Shown: piece by piece, positions 19,540-29,379 of the stretch
Position numbering within the stretch: position 1 is the stretch's first letter
How the letters are laid out: each line of letters opens with the position of its first letter
IMG/VR virus record: IMGVR_UViG_3300025128_005882
Coordinates: 13,568 to 77,567 of that record
Length of the DNA: 64,000 nt
DNA from: a virus
Reading direction: 5' to 3' (one strand)
The notes under the pieces: generated by a model
What the model was told of the DNA's origin: nothing
The model's database searches: none
Seen by the model: only the letters and a program-made list of their open reading frames with translations
Made by a program: the position numbers and the translations under genes

Positions 19540-20751
19540 TTAAGAAAATAGATCAGTAATCACTTTTCCTGAATTAGCTATTTTCATGGGTCTTCCGCTT
19601 TTGCTCGTAAATGTAGTGGTCAAGGATATACCAAGAGCTTTACATACAGATGCCATAATGTCTTGCGAACTATGGGGCTCTGTTTCAACTCGCGTGCCGT
19701 CTGAGTTGGTTTCACCGATGGCAATTCCACCGTTCATGCCAGCTCCTCCAACAGCGACGCTCCAGCTTCGTGCCCAGTGGTCACGGCCAGCGTTTTGGTT
19801 GATACGAGGTGTGCGACTAAATTCACCCATCCAGATTATAGCTGTATCCTCCAATAACCCTCTTTGCTCTAAATCCTCAACTAATGCGCTCATGCCTTTG
19901 TCTAACATGGGCAACTTATTGTCTCTTAATGTTGGGAATATATTCTGGTGATTATCCCAGCCTCCCAAATTGACTTCTATAAATGGGACTCCAACCTCAA
20001 CAAGCCGTCTAGCCATTAAGCATGACTTGCCGAAGTTGTTGTCTCCATATCTATCTTTAACCGCCTCGGGTTCACCTGCCACTTTGAACGCTTCCATTTG
20101 TTCACTAGTCAGCAAATTGAACGCTTGCCTGAGTACGTCTCTGTGGTCGCTAGCTATTGAGCCTCTCTTTTGATTTATAAAACCATTTTCTATAACATCT
20201 AAAGCATAGGCTCTTTGAAAGAACCTTTGGTCTGGTTTGACATCTAGGTTACGAACTTGGCCATTGCTGTTAACTACAAACGGCGCATGATTCATACCTA
20301 GAAAACCAGCTCCAATACTTCCTCCACCTACAGAAACAAACTGCGGAATTTCTAGATTTTCTCGTCTTAGCTGATGCGATAAAACGGCACCATAGCTAGG
20401 ATGCTCAATACTTGGGTTGGGAACATATCCAGTGTGCATGTAATATCGCCCACGCATGTGGTCAGCTTCACGAGTACTCATGGATCGGACAATGGCCATG
20501 TGATGCATTTGCTTTGCCATCAAAGGCATATGTTCGCAAATCTCCACATCTCCCGTTGTGGATATTGGTCTAAATGGCCCGCCTGTCGGCGCTTCTGGCT
20601 TTAAGTCCCAAATATCCATGGTCGAAGGGCCACCACCCATCCATAATAATATAGCTGATTTATTTTTTTTCCTCAGCTCGTCAGCGTTTGCGCTTAATAG
20701 TTCTACGAGGGGAAGTGAAGAAAATCCTGCTAAAAAACTTCGTCTATTCAT
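19540..20751 (-). CDS. DUF1501 family protein
   Basis: RRSFL, LWMGGGPSTMDIWDLKP, ARRLVEVGV, GGWDNH, GEFSRTPRIN..GRDHW. Confidence 0.92.
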   Translation of the reverse strand: MNRRSFLAGFSSLPLVELLSANADELRKKNKSAILLWMGGGPSTMDIWDLKPEAPTGGPFRPISTTGDVEICEHMPLMAKQMHHMAIVRSMSTREADHMRGRYYMHTGYVPNPSIEHPSYGAVLSHQLRRENLEIPQFVSVGGGSIGAGFLGMNHAPFVVNSNGQVRNLDVKPDQRFFQRAYALDVIENGFINQKRGSIASDHRDVLRQAFNLLTSEQMEAFKVAGEPEAVKDRYGDNNFGKSCLMARRLVEVGVPFIEVNLGGWDNHQNIFPTLRDNKLPMLDKGMSALVEDLEQRGLLEDTAIIWMGEFSRTPRINQNAGRDHWARSWSVAVGGAGMNGGIAIGETNSDGTRVETEPHSSQDIMASVCKALGISLTTTFTSKSGRPMKIANSGKVITDLFS

Positions 20752-20858
20752 AATATTATTCCTTTACTTAGTAAGGCTTGAGCGCCCGATAAAATCCTTC
20801 TCAGCGAACGCCCAAGCCAATTTCGATGCTAGCTCTCGCCGCTCGGTCGAGATCGAAA

Positions 20859-21026
20859 TTAACTAATACAATTTTCACATTTGCAGATGTCAATGTCACA
20901 AATGCAATCCGTCTCTACACAAGGACAACCGTCTGCGCACAAAGCACAGGCGACAGGCTTATCACCCTGACAACCAAGTGTCATCATAAGTCCAAAAACA
21001 AAAATAAAACTAAGTAGTGTCTTCAT
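20859..21026 (-). CDS. small Cys-rich (metallothionein-like) lipoprotein, 55 aa
   Basis: MKTLLSFIFVFGLMMTLGC lipobox, then CALCADGCPCVETDCICDIDICKCENC; RBS GGGGGTG. Confidence 0.65.
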   Translation of the reverse strand: MKTLLSFIFVFGLMMTLGCQGDKPVACALCADGCPCVETDCICDIDICKCENCIS

Positions 21027-21039
21027 CTGGATCACCCCC

Positions 21040-22071
21040 TTACCATTTTCTGCAAGACCAATAACGAGCTTTCCAGCGCGGGCCGGGATTATCGCAGTTA
21101 TGTCTTGCTCTAAAACTTTTACGACGTTTTGGATTATCCTTTTTAATTTCCATATTAGGATCTCCAAAGTTAACTTTAACAACGTTTCCTTTCTGATTTT
21201 TTACATAAACAGAAAACTTTTTTGGGCCATCAGGAGTTCTAAATGGTTTCCCAAGTTTGACTTTTCTACCCTGATACTCTGCAGCCTTGCCTTTGTATAC
21301 TAGGTCAGTGCCGTCTTTTTTGTATACACCCTTTCTAGCGTAGTTGTAAATTTCTCCAGTCTTTGGGTTTTCATACTTGTATGCGGCTCTGGATTTCTTA
21401 GGATGACCCTTTGGTAACAGGTCATTGTCTTGAGTATAGTTTGAATTAGAAGGTCTGCCAGTCCTTAGAAGTTTTAGAAAAGCATTGACTCTAGCAATGG
21501 CCCAACCATGACGACTCATCTTGGGAGCATGACTACTTGAGTATGCACCAGCGCCCCTTCTATAAACAGCCTTTAGCATCCCAAGAGAAGCTTTTGAACC
21601 TTTACCTTTGGCGTTATGCTCTGCAACCTTCTTAGAAAGTTGAGCAGTGACCTCTTTGCTAAAAGTAATCTTACCACTAGGATTCTTTGCGCTGTCTGGC
21701 TTATTTTTCTTAGAGCCTTTTTTCTGATCCTTCTTTGGAGCAGGAGTCCTGCGAGGATCTTTTGAACTAGGCTTGTCCGATTTAGCTTTTTTAAGTTCTT
21801 CTTGGCTTGGTCTACCTTCTTTTTCAGTCTTAGCTGGTTTGTAGTTCTTACCTTCTCGCTCTTTCTTCTTGCGAATGTTTTCCCAAAGACCGGGCTTTGC
21901 TTGTGACACGTCCCAGTCTTCGATTTCAGAATTTTCATAATAAACCTCAGAAGCCTGAACGTATTCGTCTTCTGTCGGTACATAAAAATTAGTTTCGTTT
22001 AACTCTTCTTCAGATCCATAATTATCAAAGTAATATTTCTCATCTGCTTGAGCTATATAATTTTTAGACAT
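21040..22071 (-). CDS. modular basic phage protein
   Basis: Modules GLWENIRKK; AVYRRGAGAY..WAIARVNAFL; FGDPNM..RKSFRARHNC..ARYWSC. Confidence 0.7.
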   Translation of the reverse strand: MSKNYIAQADEKYYFDNYGSEEELNETNFYVPTEDEYVQASEVYYENSEIEDWDVSQAKPGLWENIRKKKEREGKNYKPAKTEKEGRPSQEELKKAKSDKPSSKDPRRTPAPKKDQKKGSKKNKPDSAKNPSGKITFSKEVTAQLSKKVAEHNAKGKGSKASLGMLKAVYRRGAGAYSSSHAPKMSRHGWAIARVNAFLKLLRTGRPSNSNYTQDNDLLPKGHPKKSRAAYKYENPKTGEIYNYARKGVYKKDGTDLVYKGKAAEYQGRKVKLGKPFRTPDGPKKFSVYVKNQKGNVVKVNFGDPNMEIKKDNPKRRKSFRARHNCDNPGPRWKARYWSCRKW

Positions 22072-22080
22072 TGTTTACTC

Positions 22081-23388
22081 CTAAACTATTAAGTCTTGTA
22101 TAACTTTGCCGCCATCTACGATTTCTATAGGTCTATCTCCGGGAGCCATTAATTCTTTATCAGCGACGATACCAATTCTGTTATATATTGTTGCTGCCCA
22201 GTCTTCAACAGTAAGGGCATTTTCTTCTGGTTCACTTGCGGTTGCGTTTGATGATCCGTAGACCATTCCTTTTTGTATGCCGCCTCCAGCCATAACTACA
22301 CTGAATACTTTAGGCCAATGATCACGGCCAGCATTTGCGTTGATTTTTGGTGTGCGACCAAATTCAGATGCTAAGCATACCAATGTAGAATCTAACATTC
22401 CACGATCATCTAGGTCAGCAATTAGAGCCGCAAGACCTTGATCTAATGCGGGGACTTGTCTACGAATACCATTCTCAATGCTGTCGTGCATATCCCAGCC
22501 ACCATAAGTCAATGTTACAAATCTTGTACCAGCCTCTACTAACCTTCTAGCAAGAAGCATCCTAGCACCTGCGGTGTTTCTACCGTACCTATCTCTAGTG
22601 GCAGCATCTTCTTTGTTGATATCGAAGGCATCTCTGGCTTTTTCGCTAGAGATTAAGCTATAGGCGCGGTCGTAGAAAGAGTCTACTGCGTCTAATGAAT
22701 CTGACTTTTCTTTGCTGGCAAAATAATCATTTACCGCACCAAGCATTTTACGCCTTGTTCCAAACCTGTTGTCATTCACGTTGTTGGGAAGTCTAAGGTC
22801 ACGAACCTGAAAACCATCACTAGCTGGGTCAGAACCCAAGCTAAATCCAGAAAACGAACTGCTTAAATATCCAGTGCCTGCAAACTCATTAGGCTGATTG
22901 GGGATACAGACGTAAGGTGGTAAGTTATGACGTGGGCCAAACTCATGTGCAACCACTGAGCCAATGGACGGATATTGGAGTGCTGGGCTAGGTCGATAGC
23001 CAGTAAACATATTATGTGTACCTCGTTCATGAGCTGCTTCTCCATGTGTCATACTACGAATGATGGTCATCTTATCTGTAATCTTAGCGGTCTTAGCTAA
23101 CGTTTCATTTAATCTAATTCCGGGAACTACAGTTTCAATACTAGACATAGGGCCTCTATACTCTAGCGGAGCAAACGGCTTAGGATCAAAAGTTTCTTGA
23201 TGAGCCATACCTCCGGGAAGATATATAAAGATTACACTCTTAGCTGGGCCTTCTATACTTTCATAAAACTTCTGGTCAGCCTGAGCTTCTTGCATACGAA
23301 AGTAATCAGATAGAGAAATCCCTAGCCCTCCTAAGAATCCCACCTGTAAAAATGACCTTCGTCCTAAATTATTTCCTCTACATTTCAT
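22081..23388 (-). CDS. DUF1501 family protein
   Basis: RRSFL, YLPGGMAHQETFDPKP, ARRLVEAG, SEFGRTPKIN..GRDHW. Confidence 0.92.
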   Translation of the reverse strand: MKCRGNNLGRRSFLQVGFLGGLGISLSDYFRMQEAQADQKFYESIEGPAKSVIFIYLPGGMAHQETFDPKPFAPLEYRGPMSSIETVVPGIRLNETLAKTAKITDKMTIIRSMTHGEAAHERGTHNMFTGYRPSPALQYPSIGSVVAHEFGPRHNLPPYVCIPNQPNEFAGTGYLSSSFSGFSLGSDPASDGFQVRDLRLPNNVNDNRFGTRRKMLGAVNDYFASKEKSDSLDAVDSFYDRAYSLISSEKARDAFDINKEDAATRDRYGRNTAGARMLLARRLVEAGTRFVTLTYGGWDMHDSIENGIRRQVPALDQGLAALIADLDDRGMLDSTLVCLASEFGRTPKINANAGRDHWPKVFSVVMAGGGIQKGMVYGSSNATASEPEENALTVEDWAATIYNRIGIVADKELMAPGDRPIEIVDGGKVIQDLIV

Positions 23389-24647
23389 TATAGTATTACC
23401 TTTGCTTCACCTTCCAATAAATATCTTGGTCTTCCACCGTTATCAACACGCTGAGTGCTCTGTTCTATTCCAAAGTGGTCAAACAGTGTAGCCTGCAAGT
23501 CAAGTGGGCCTACGGGGTTTTCGATTGGACTATATGATCTGTCTGAAGCCCCAATAGTTCTACCTGTTTGATAGGAACCTCCAGCCATCATCATTGGCGT
23601 AATAGCAGGCCAGTGATCTCTACCAGCGTTGGCATTGATTTTTGTTCTTCCAAACTCTCCAGTCACTACTAGCAATACCTTTTCGCTCAGGCCTCGCTGG
23701 TCTAGATCTTCCAAAAATCCTGCGATGGCCTTGTCTATTGGGCTTACCTTGGTTTTCAGCGCGTTAGAGATGTTACTATGCATGTCCCATCCGCCATAAT
23801 GAAGAGTTACAAATTTTGTACCATGCTGCACAAGGCGGCGAGCTAGCAACATTTGTTCGCCAATGTCATTCGCTTTTTCTGACCCATACAGGGCTTTAGT
23901 TTGTTCCGTTTCTTTATCTGTTGCAAACGCATCTTTGGCTGAACCAAGAATAACATCGTAAGCCTGACCTTTGTAAAACCCAACTGATTCAGCTCCTGTT
24001 CCAGATATATCTTTAGCCGCTGAGCCTATAGCTCCTAAGAGTTGTTTTCTGTTGCTGAATCTGTCGATTTCAATTCTTGGTGTGAGATTGTCTTTATTGG
24101 ACGGATCAAATGGTTTAAATGCTCCACCCAGCCAAGCACCTTCATCACCTTCGATTTTACCTTGTTTAACATAAGTTGGTACTCCATTCTGGGGGTGATT
24201 CGCGCCATAGACAGAGGAAACAATAGATCCAAAAGAGGGGTACTTGGCTATAGATGTGGTTGTTCTTTCTGGGTTATAATGCCCAGTCATCATGAAGTGA
24301 GTACCCTGCCTATGAGATGAATCTTTATGGCTAAAAGAGTTGACGACATTGAGCTTGCTTGTGTGTTTAGCTAGCTCTGTCCAGTCAGCGCCAAGAGTGA
24401 TGTTTGTTTTTGGGTCATGAATAGCTCCGTTGATTGGCTGCCATTCAGTTGGAACTGTATCGTTAGGGGCGTGGAATGTTTCAAACTGAGTTGGCCCTCC
24501 TCCAAGCCACACCCAAACAACGGCTTTATCTTCATACGACAGAGCGTCTTGAGCCAAGGCGTAATCAGACAAACCAACGGCACTTAGTCCAGCACCAATA
24601 CTCCCTACTCGCAAAAAATTTCTTCTATCGTATATGAAGTCTAGCAT
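23388..24647 (-). CDS. DUF1501 family protein
   Basis: RRNFL, WLGGGPTQFETF, GGWDMH, GEFGRT..GRDHW. Confidence 0.92.
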   Translation of the reverse strand: MLDFIYDRRNFLRVGSIGAGLSAVGLSDYALAQDALSYEDKAVVWVWLGGGPTQFETFHAPNDTVPTEWQPINGAIHDPKTNITLGADWTELAKHTSKLNVVNSFSHKDSSHRQGTHFMMTGHYNPERTTTSIAKYPSFGSIVSSVYGANHPQNGVPTYVKQGKIEGDEGAWLGGAFKPFDPSNKDNLTPRIEIDRFSNRKQLLGAIGSAAKDISGTGAESVGFYKGQAYDVILGSAKDAFATDKETEQTKALYGSEKANDIGEQMLLARRLVQHGTKFVTLHYGGWDMHSNISNALKTKVSPIDKAIAGFLEDLDQRGLSEKVLLVVTGEFGRTKINANAGRDHWPAITPMMMAGGSYQTGRTIGASDRSYSPIENPVGPLDLQATLFDHFGIEQSTQRVDNGGRPRYLLEGEAKVIL

Positions 24648-25138
24648 TTTGATCTCCTAAATTCGTTGAGTTCTGAAATTGCAACGTTGTGACAATCTGC
24701 TCTTACAACAAAATTATTTGAGGGGTCTATCTGTCCCTTCTTTAAATGTCGGGACTTCTCGAAGTATTCATCATGCCCAAGCCAACCAAGAACCCAAGCC
24801 CTTCCCCATCGTCTATTTTTGTTTTCTACCCTTACAAAGACATATCTATCACATTGTTGCTTTGTATTAAAATTAGCAACTGAGCAGTCATAGTATGGCT
24901 TTGGTTGTGAGGTACATCTCTTCGTTTTAACGTCGTACTTAGTTCCGTCGTTATCTACAATGTCGTAATCATAAGTGTTACTTATAGAACCTTCTATGAC
25001 TACGTTTGCAATCTCTTCACCAATGAAGCCAGCTATATTGCCATCGCCCTTCATGATGGAGTTCTTAATAACTCCCATCTCTCTGGATTTGGCCCATGCT
25101 CTTTTCTTCATGTCCTCTGTGATTTCTACTTGAATCAT
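24641..25138 (-). CDS. PD-(D/E)XK nuclease-like protein
   Basis: GFIGE, YDYDI, YDVKT. Confidence 0.5.
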   Translation of the reverse strand: MIQVEITEDMKKRAWAKSREMGVIKNSIMKGDGNIAGFIGEEIANVVIEGSISNTYDYDIVDNDGTKYDVKTKRCTSQPKPYYDCSVANFNTKQQCDRYVFVRVENKNRRWGRAWVLGWLGHDEYFEKSRHLKKGQIDPSNNFVVRADCHNVAISELNEFRRSKC

Positions 25139-25148
25139 AGTATTTTCC

Positions 25149-26162
25149 TTATCCCGGAGCCTCATAGTGGCCCACGCTAAATCCTTTGGCGGTGCATCTT
25201 TTTACGGTTTCATTCATTCCGTGCTTTTTAAGGTGCTCCTCTGTATATATACACATATTTTGGTCTGTTCCCGGCCAGTTGTTCTTATAAAAATGACAAA
25301 GCTTATTGCACTTCCAATGTTTTCTTGAGTAAGACATTGGCTTTGGCTCTTGATTTCTGCTGATCTGCTGAAATCTTAGCTTTAACATCTCCAAAAACTT
25401 TTCTTGGTCTTTCTTGTCAAAGCACATCGAGAAAGGCCCGCCATCTCTAATATAGAATATCGTCATGATTGACTGCTCATAATCAGGAAATAGTTTTGAT
25501 ATTGCGTAATTATATAGTAATAATTGGGGGTCTGAACATAGCTTCTCATATGTCTTCTCTTCGCCCGTTGCCCAGTCAAGCCTTCTTCCTGTTTTCCAGT
25601 CAACGACTTCAATTATACCATCGTCTACCTCAGTTACAAGATCTATCGTACCTTTTATTGCCAAGTTCCCTGTAATTTTTTGTCCATCGGGCATTTCGTA
25701 GTCGAACTTAGCCCAATCTTCTTCTATCTCAATATCAAAGTGTGGCTCAGCGGCAACAATCTTTCTGTTTCTGGGATCAAAAATCCCATTATTATATTCA
25801 ATCGCTTCCCAAGTCAACTCTTTGCAGAATTTATAATCTGACTTAGTATACTTATGAGTGCAGTTACTAGTGTACCAATCAAAACTTTGCTGCAAAATAT
25901 CGTTTACAAAATCCTCACTTTTTAGTTTTTTGCGGTTAAACTTTATATCGCCAAGCGCATCGTCAGCAAGTAGCATCTTCTTGCTATCCTGCTGTAGGTG
26001 TTGACAACCCGCTAGCACCTCCATAACTTTGTGAACCACAGTCCCAAGCTGAGCTTTTTTGCCAGAGGTGGATTGGTGGCCAAGCACGTAAGTCAGAAAA
26101 TATTGCATCTGACAATACGAGTAGTTATTAAAACTTGAACTTCTTATGTAAGTCACTAACAT
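25149..26162 (-). CDS. PD-(D/E)XK exonuclease (Cas4/AddB-like)
   Basis: LGTVVH, KGTIDLV, VVDWKTG, QLLLY, N- and C-terminal Cys. Confidence 0.85.
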   Translation of the reverse strand: MLVTYIRSSSFNNYSYCQMQYFLTYVLGHQSTSGKKAQLGTVVHKVMEVLAGCQHLQQDSKKMLLADDALGDIKFNRKKLKSEDFVNDILQQSFDWYTSNCTHKYTKSDYKFCKELTWEAIEYNNGIFDPRNRKIVAAEPHFDIEIEEDWAKFDYEMPDGQKITGNLAIKGTIDLVTEVDDGIIEVVDWKTGRRLDWATGEEKTYEKLCSDPQLLLYNYAISKLFPDYEQSIMTIFYIRDGGPFSMCFDKKDQEKFLEMLKLRFQQISRNQEPKPMSYSRKHWKCNKLCHFYKNNWPGTDQNMCIYTEEHLKKHGMNETVKRCTAKGFSVGHYEAPG

Positions 26163-26908
26163 GTGATCTCCAGTTCGCTATAAATTTTAGCCAGAGCATT
26201 AAACAGACTAGTCATGTCTGTATTATTGACCACGTAGTCAAAGTTGCTCCAGTCGTAGTTTTCTTTATCAAGAGCGTTTTCACTTGAGTGACTATCCTGA
26301 GTAAACTCTCTAGTCAATCTTATTACTTTGCCTCCAGCATCCTTTATTGATTCTACCTCGTTCGGAAATCTCACATCCGCTATTATGGCTAAGTCACTCT
26401 TTTCTCTGGTTATAGTTTTGATTGCATATTCTACCCAAACATTGTTGTACATCTTCCTCATAATGTCAGTTCCAAAGTACTGCAATAATTCTCTTGAGGT
26501 CATTGCTCCTCTATTCTTATTAAGGCTGCTATTACTCCAAGTCGGAACGTCCTCCCATAGGACTTTTGTCTGCGTGTTCTTATCGTCTTCGGTGCCATAT
26601 ACTTGGCTTCTAGTGAGACCGAAGAACTCCATACACAACAATTTTAAGCCGTCAGCAAAGCTGTATAATTTTACATGGGGCCACATATTATAATTAGCAT
26701 ATTCAACAAAAGAAGAATCTTTTCTGGTGACATCTAAAAGTCCATACTCCTCATCTCCTTCAATGTCTGTTTTAATTACAAGCGCGCCATTGTTGTCGAT
26801 ATTAAAATCTTCTACCATGCCCATTTTCTTTAATACTAGCCCGTGAAGGTAGTTTGCGGCGGTGTTTTTGCCAGCTTGTTTCTTTCCAGATATTCCAATT
26901 ATATTCAT
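26156..26908 (-). CDS. deoxynucleoside monophosphate kinase
   Basis: GISGKKQAGKNT, FADGLK, RELLQYFGT, DVRFPNE, HSSE. Confidence 0.88.
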   Translation of the reverse strand: MNIIGISGKKQAGKNTAANYLHGLVLKKMGMVEDFNIDNNGALVIKTDIEGDEEYGLLDVTRKDSSFVEYANYNMWPHVKLYSFADGLKLLCMEFFGLTRSQVYGTEDDKNTQTKVLWEDVPTWSNSSLNKNRGAMTSRELLQYFGTDIMRKMYNNVWVEYAIKTITREKSDLAIIADVRFPNEVESIKDAGGKVIRLTREFTQDSHSSENALDKENYDWSNFDYVVNNTDMTSLFNALAKIYSELEITC

Positions 26909-27924
26909 TAATACATACCTTTTAGTTGCGGTAACACGTTTGTTTTTATATCTTCTACAGACATATCTCCAACATCTTTTCTAGATAGTCTTGGAAATAC
27001 GACTTTGAACATTCTGCTCATGTCCCTTTGTATTTTCATCTTCGCTTCTCTTCCGGCTTGATCGTTGTCAGTAAGAACAACCAGCTTTGTAATGCCACTT
27101 TTTTCAAGTATCGACTTCTGCACTGGACTTACTGATTTGCCAAATATACTTATGGCGTTTTTAACGCCAGCTTCGTAAAGTTTCCAAACATCCCCTTGGC
27201 CTTCAGTTATAAATAAACAAGACTTTTCTTGCGCTTTTTGTATAGCTCTATGATAATTGTAAAGGTATTTGTTTTTATTGAACCCTCTAGTAAAAAGAAA
27301 CTTGGGCTTCAAAAAACTCTGCATTGACCTACCTATGTAGGCCACAACCTTTTCACCATTCAGCGAGTGTACTGGTATAATGGCTCTGGACACCATAGAA
27401 GATTTCTTCTGCACACAGTCGCCCACTTGGAAATGAAGCAATGTAGAGTCTGCAAAGCCTCTTGACTGAAAGTAATCTGAGGGATGCATAACGTTACAAT
27501 CTATCCGAACTTCCTGATCGTCGTAGGAGGGGACGTCCTCTTTGGAGAACATCTTGACCATAGAGACAAACTGGTCATCCTCTTCTTGCTTTTCTACATG
27601 CACAGACTTATTATCTATATTCAATATTTTACAAGCCCATTTAAGTGCGCCGCTAAAACCTACGTCAGACTCTGCCTCAACAGATAAGACTCCTCTTATG
27701 AGTCCAAATATGTCATTGCCAAATTCTTGCTGGCATCCTCTAGTCCAACAGCTCCAGATATGCCTATCAGAATTGTAGGAAAAACTGTTTGGGTTATCAC
27801 TGTCTTCATGTACTGGGCAAGAACAAGTTATATTCTGTCCATTCTTTTGATAGTCTATTTCTAGCTCTGAAAATACCAACTCAAGATTATTCCCAAGGAG
27901 CTTTTTGATCTTCTTCAAGTCCAT
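26908..27924 (-). CDS. dnaG: DNA primase (Zn finger + TOPRIM)
   Basis: CPVHED..SF..C..C; TEGQGDV; LTDND.AG. Confidence 0.88.
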   Translation of the reverse strand: MDLKKIKKLLGNNLELVFSELEIDYQKNGQNITCSCPVHEDSDNPNSFSYNSDRHIWSCWTRGCQQEFGNDIFGLIRGVLSVEAESDVGFSGALKWACKILNIDNKSVHVEKQEEDDQFVSMVKMFSKEDVPSYDDQEVRIDCNVMHPSDYFQSRGFADSTLLHFQVGDCVQKKSSMVSRAIIPVHSLNGEKVVAYIGRSMQSFLKPKFLFTRGFNKNKYLYNYHRAIQKAQEKSCLFITEGQGDVWKLYEAGVKNAISIFGKSVSPVQKSILEKSGITKLVVLTDNDQAGREAKMKIQRDMSRMFKVVFPRLSRKDVGDMSVEDIKTNVLPQLKGMY

Positions 27925-29377
27925 CCTCTTCTACCTCCTCGTTAACATTATCTAAGTTTTCAACATCTATTAAACCAGTATCTTCTGATGGCATCACAAG
28001 AAATTCATTTCTAGTTCTTAGCTCTTGCAGTTTTGCATGTTCGCCAAGCATCCGCATATTGATGTAGTCTCCGTCGTCTAAACCTGCGCCATGTCTTGAG
28101 ACAATGGGAACAAGCTTCCTGTTCCCTGCTCTTGGGCCGTCTTCAGCCAGCTCCTCTGGCGATTTTATTTTAAATATGGAGAATGATGTACATAACCAAA
28201 TAAGTCTGTCAGAACCGCTTACAGCATCGGTGGACTCTTTTGTAATACCGTCTCTGTTTAATTGCACAAACGATAGGCAGGGGAAGTCGTACTTGACAGC
28301 CAAGTTATGAAGGTTTGTTATTTGAAAACCGAGAGCTTGATATTCTTGTATATTATTTGTTATTGATGTAGAAGACATAAGTTTTAAATAGTCATAAACA
28401 ACTACACAATCATTTGTTCTTCCATTTTCATCTTGTTTTACATCTTGTATAATCCAGCGTTTAATAATATTTAGTATCTGCTCAAATGGTTTGCCCGCAA
28501 CACTGACGTAGTTATAAGGTATGTCTTGTATCTGTTCAACAGCTTCGTGAACTCTCTGACTCTTCTCGTCGTCATCTACAAACTTACCAGTAGCTACTTC
28601 GTTGATCGGAACTCCGCTTAGGTTGGCTATGATTCTGTTAAGATGATCCTCTTTTGACATTTCAGTATCTAGAACCAATACTGGTGTTCCTTCTCTTGCT
28701 ACGTTGACGGCAACATTGTCTGCAAAAACACTTTTACCGACCTTTGGTCTAGCGGCTACCAGATCTACGCATTTTCTTCTTAGTCCACCGCCTATTGCTA
28801 TATCGTATCTTGGAAACCCCGTTGGTACGCCTATAACATCACACTTATTCTCAGATAAGTATTCAATGTAATCTGTTATATCTTTGCCAATCTTCTCAGG
28901 CTTTTCTCCTCCATCGTCCTCCCTGAGAAAATCCATTACAGGCTCTTCTAGTTTCTGGATAATTTCGTCGATAGTCTCGCTACCGTTGATTTTGTCTACG
29001 TCTTTGTGTATCTTGTCTGTTAGTTTTTTAATCTTGCGAGCAAACTCAAACTTCTTTATCTGTACAGCGAAATTAAAAATGTTGTCTTGACTTACTGGAA
29101 AATCAAAAAGAGACTTTATGTATTCAAGCTCTGATTTGGACTCTACTCGTTCTGAGTGCCCAAGTCTTGATGCCGCAGATAATACAGATGGGAGATCAAC
29201 GTCAAGATTGTTTTCAATTACATCTTTTACGCAAGTAAACAAAACTTGATTATTAGGAATACCAAATGTGTAGCTATCAACAATATCAGCAACTTCAACA
29301 TAAGCATCTATGCCATGCTGAAATAATCCAGCAAGCAAAGCTCTTTCTGCTCCAGCGTCTGTTAAATGTTGTTCCAT
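27887..29377 (-). CDS. dnaB: replicative DNA helicase
   Basis: AARPKVGKS, DTEMS, VYDYLKLM, VQLNR, SRHG. Confidence 0.9.
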   Translation of the reverse strand: MEQHLTDAGAERALLAGLFQHGIDAYVEVADIVDSYTFGIPNNQVLFTCVKDVIENNLDVDLPSVLSAASRLGHSERVESKSELEYIKSLFDFPVSQDNIFNFAVQIKKFEFARKIKKLTDKIHKDVDKINGSETIDEIIQKLEEPVMDFLREDDGGEKPEKIGKDITDYIEYLSENKCDVIGVPTGFPRYDIAIGGGLRRKCVDLVAARPKVGKSVFADNVAVNVAREGTPVLVLDTEMSKEDHLNRIIANLSGVPINEVATGKFVDDDEKSQRVHEAVEQIQDIPYNYVSVAGKPFEQILNIIKRWIIQDVKQDENGRTNDCVVVYDYLKLMSSTSITNNIQEYQALGFQITNLHNLAVKYDFPCLSFVQLNRDGITKESTDAVSGSDRLIWLCTSFSIFKIKSPEELAEDGPRAGNRKLVPIVSRHGAGLDDGDYINMRMLGEHAKLQELRTRNEFLVMPSEDTGLIDVENLDNVNEEVEEDGLEEDQKAPWE

Positions 29378-29379
29378 CA

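Noticed and set aside
21027-21182. 5' extension of the track ORF 20859..21182
   Set aside because: Overlaps the upstream gene; the RBS and signal peptide support a start at 21026
25149-26162. Cas4 as part of a CRISPR system
   Set aside because: Stand-alone nuclease within the replication module; no array or other cas genes
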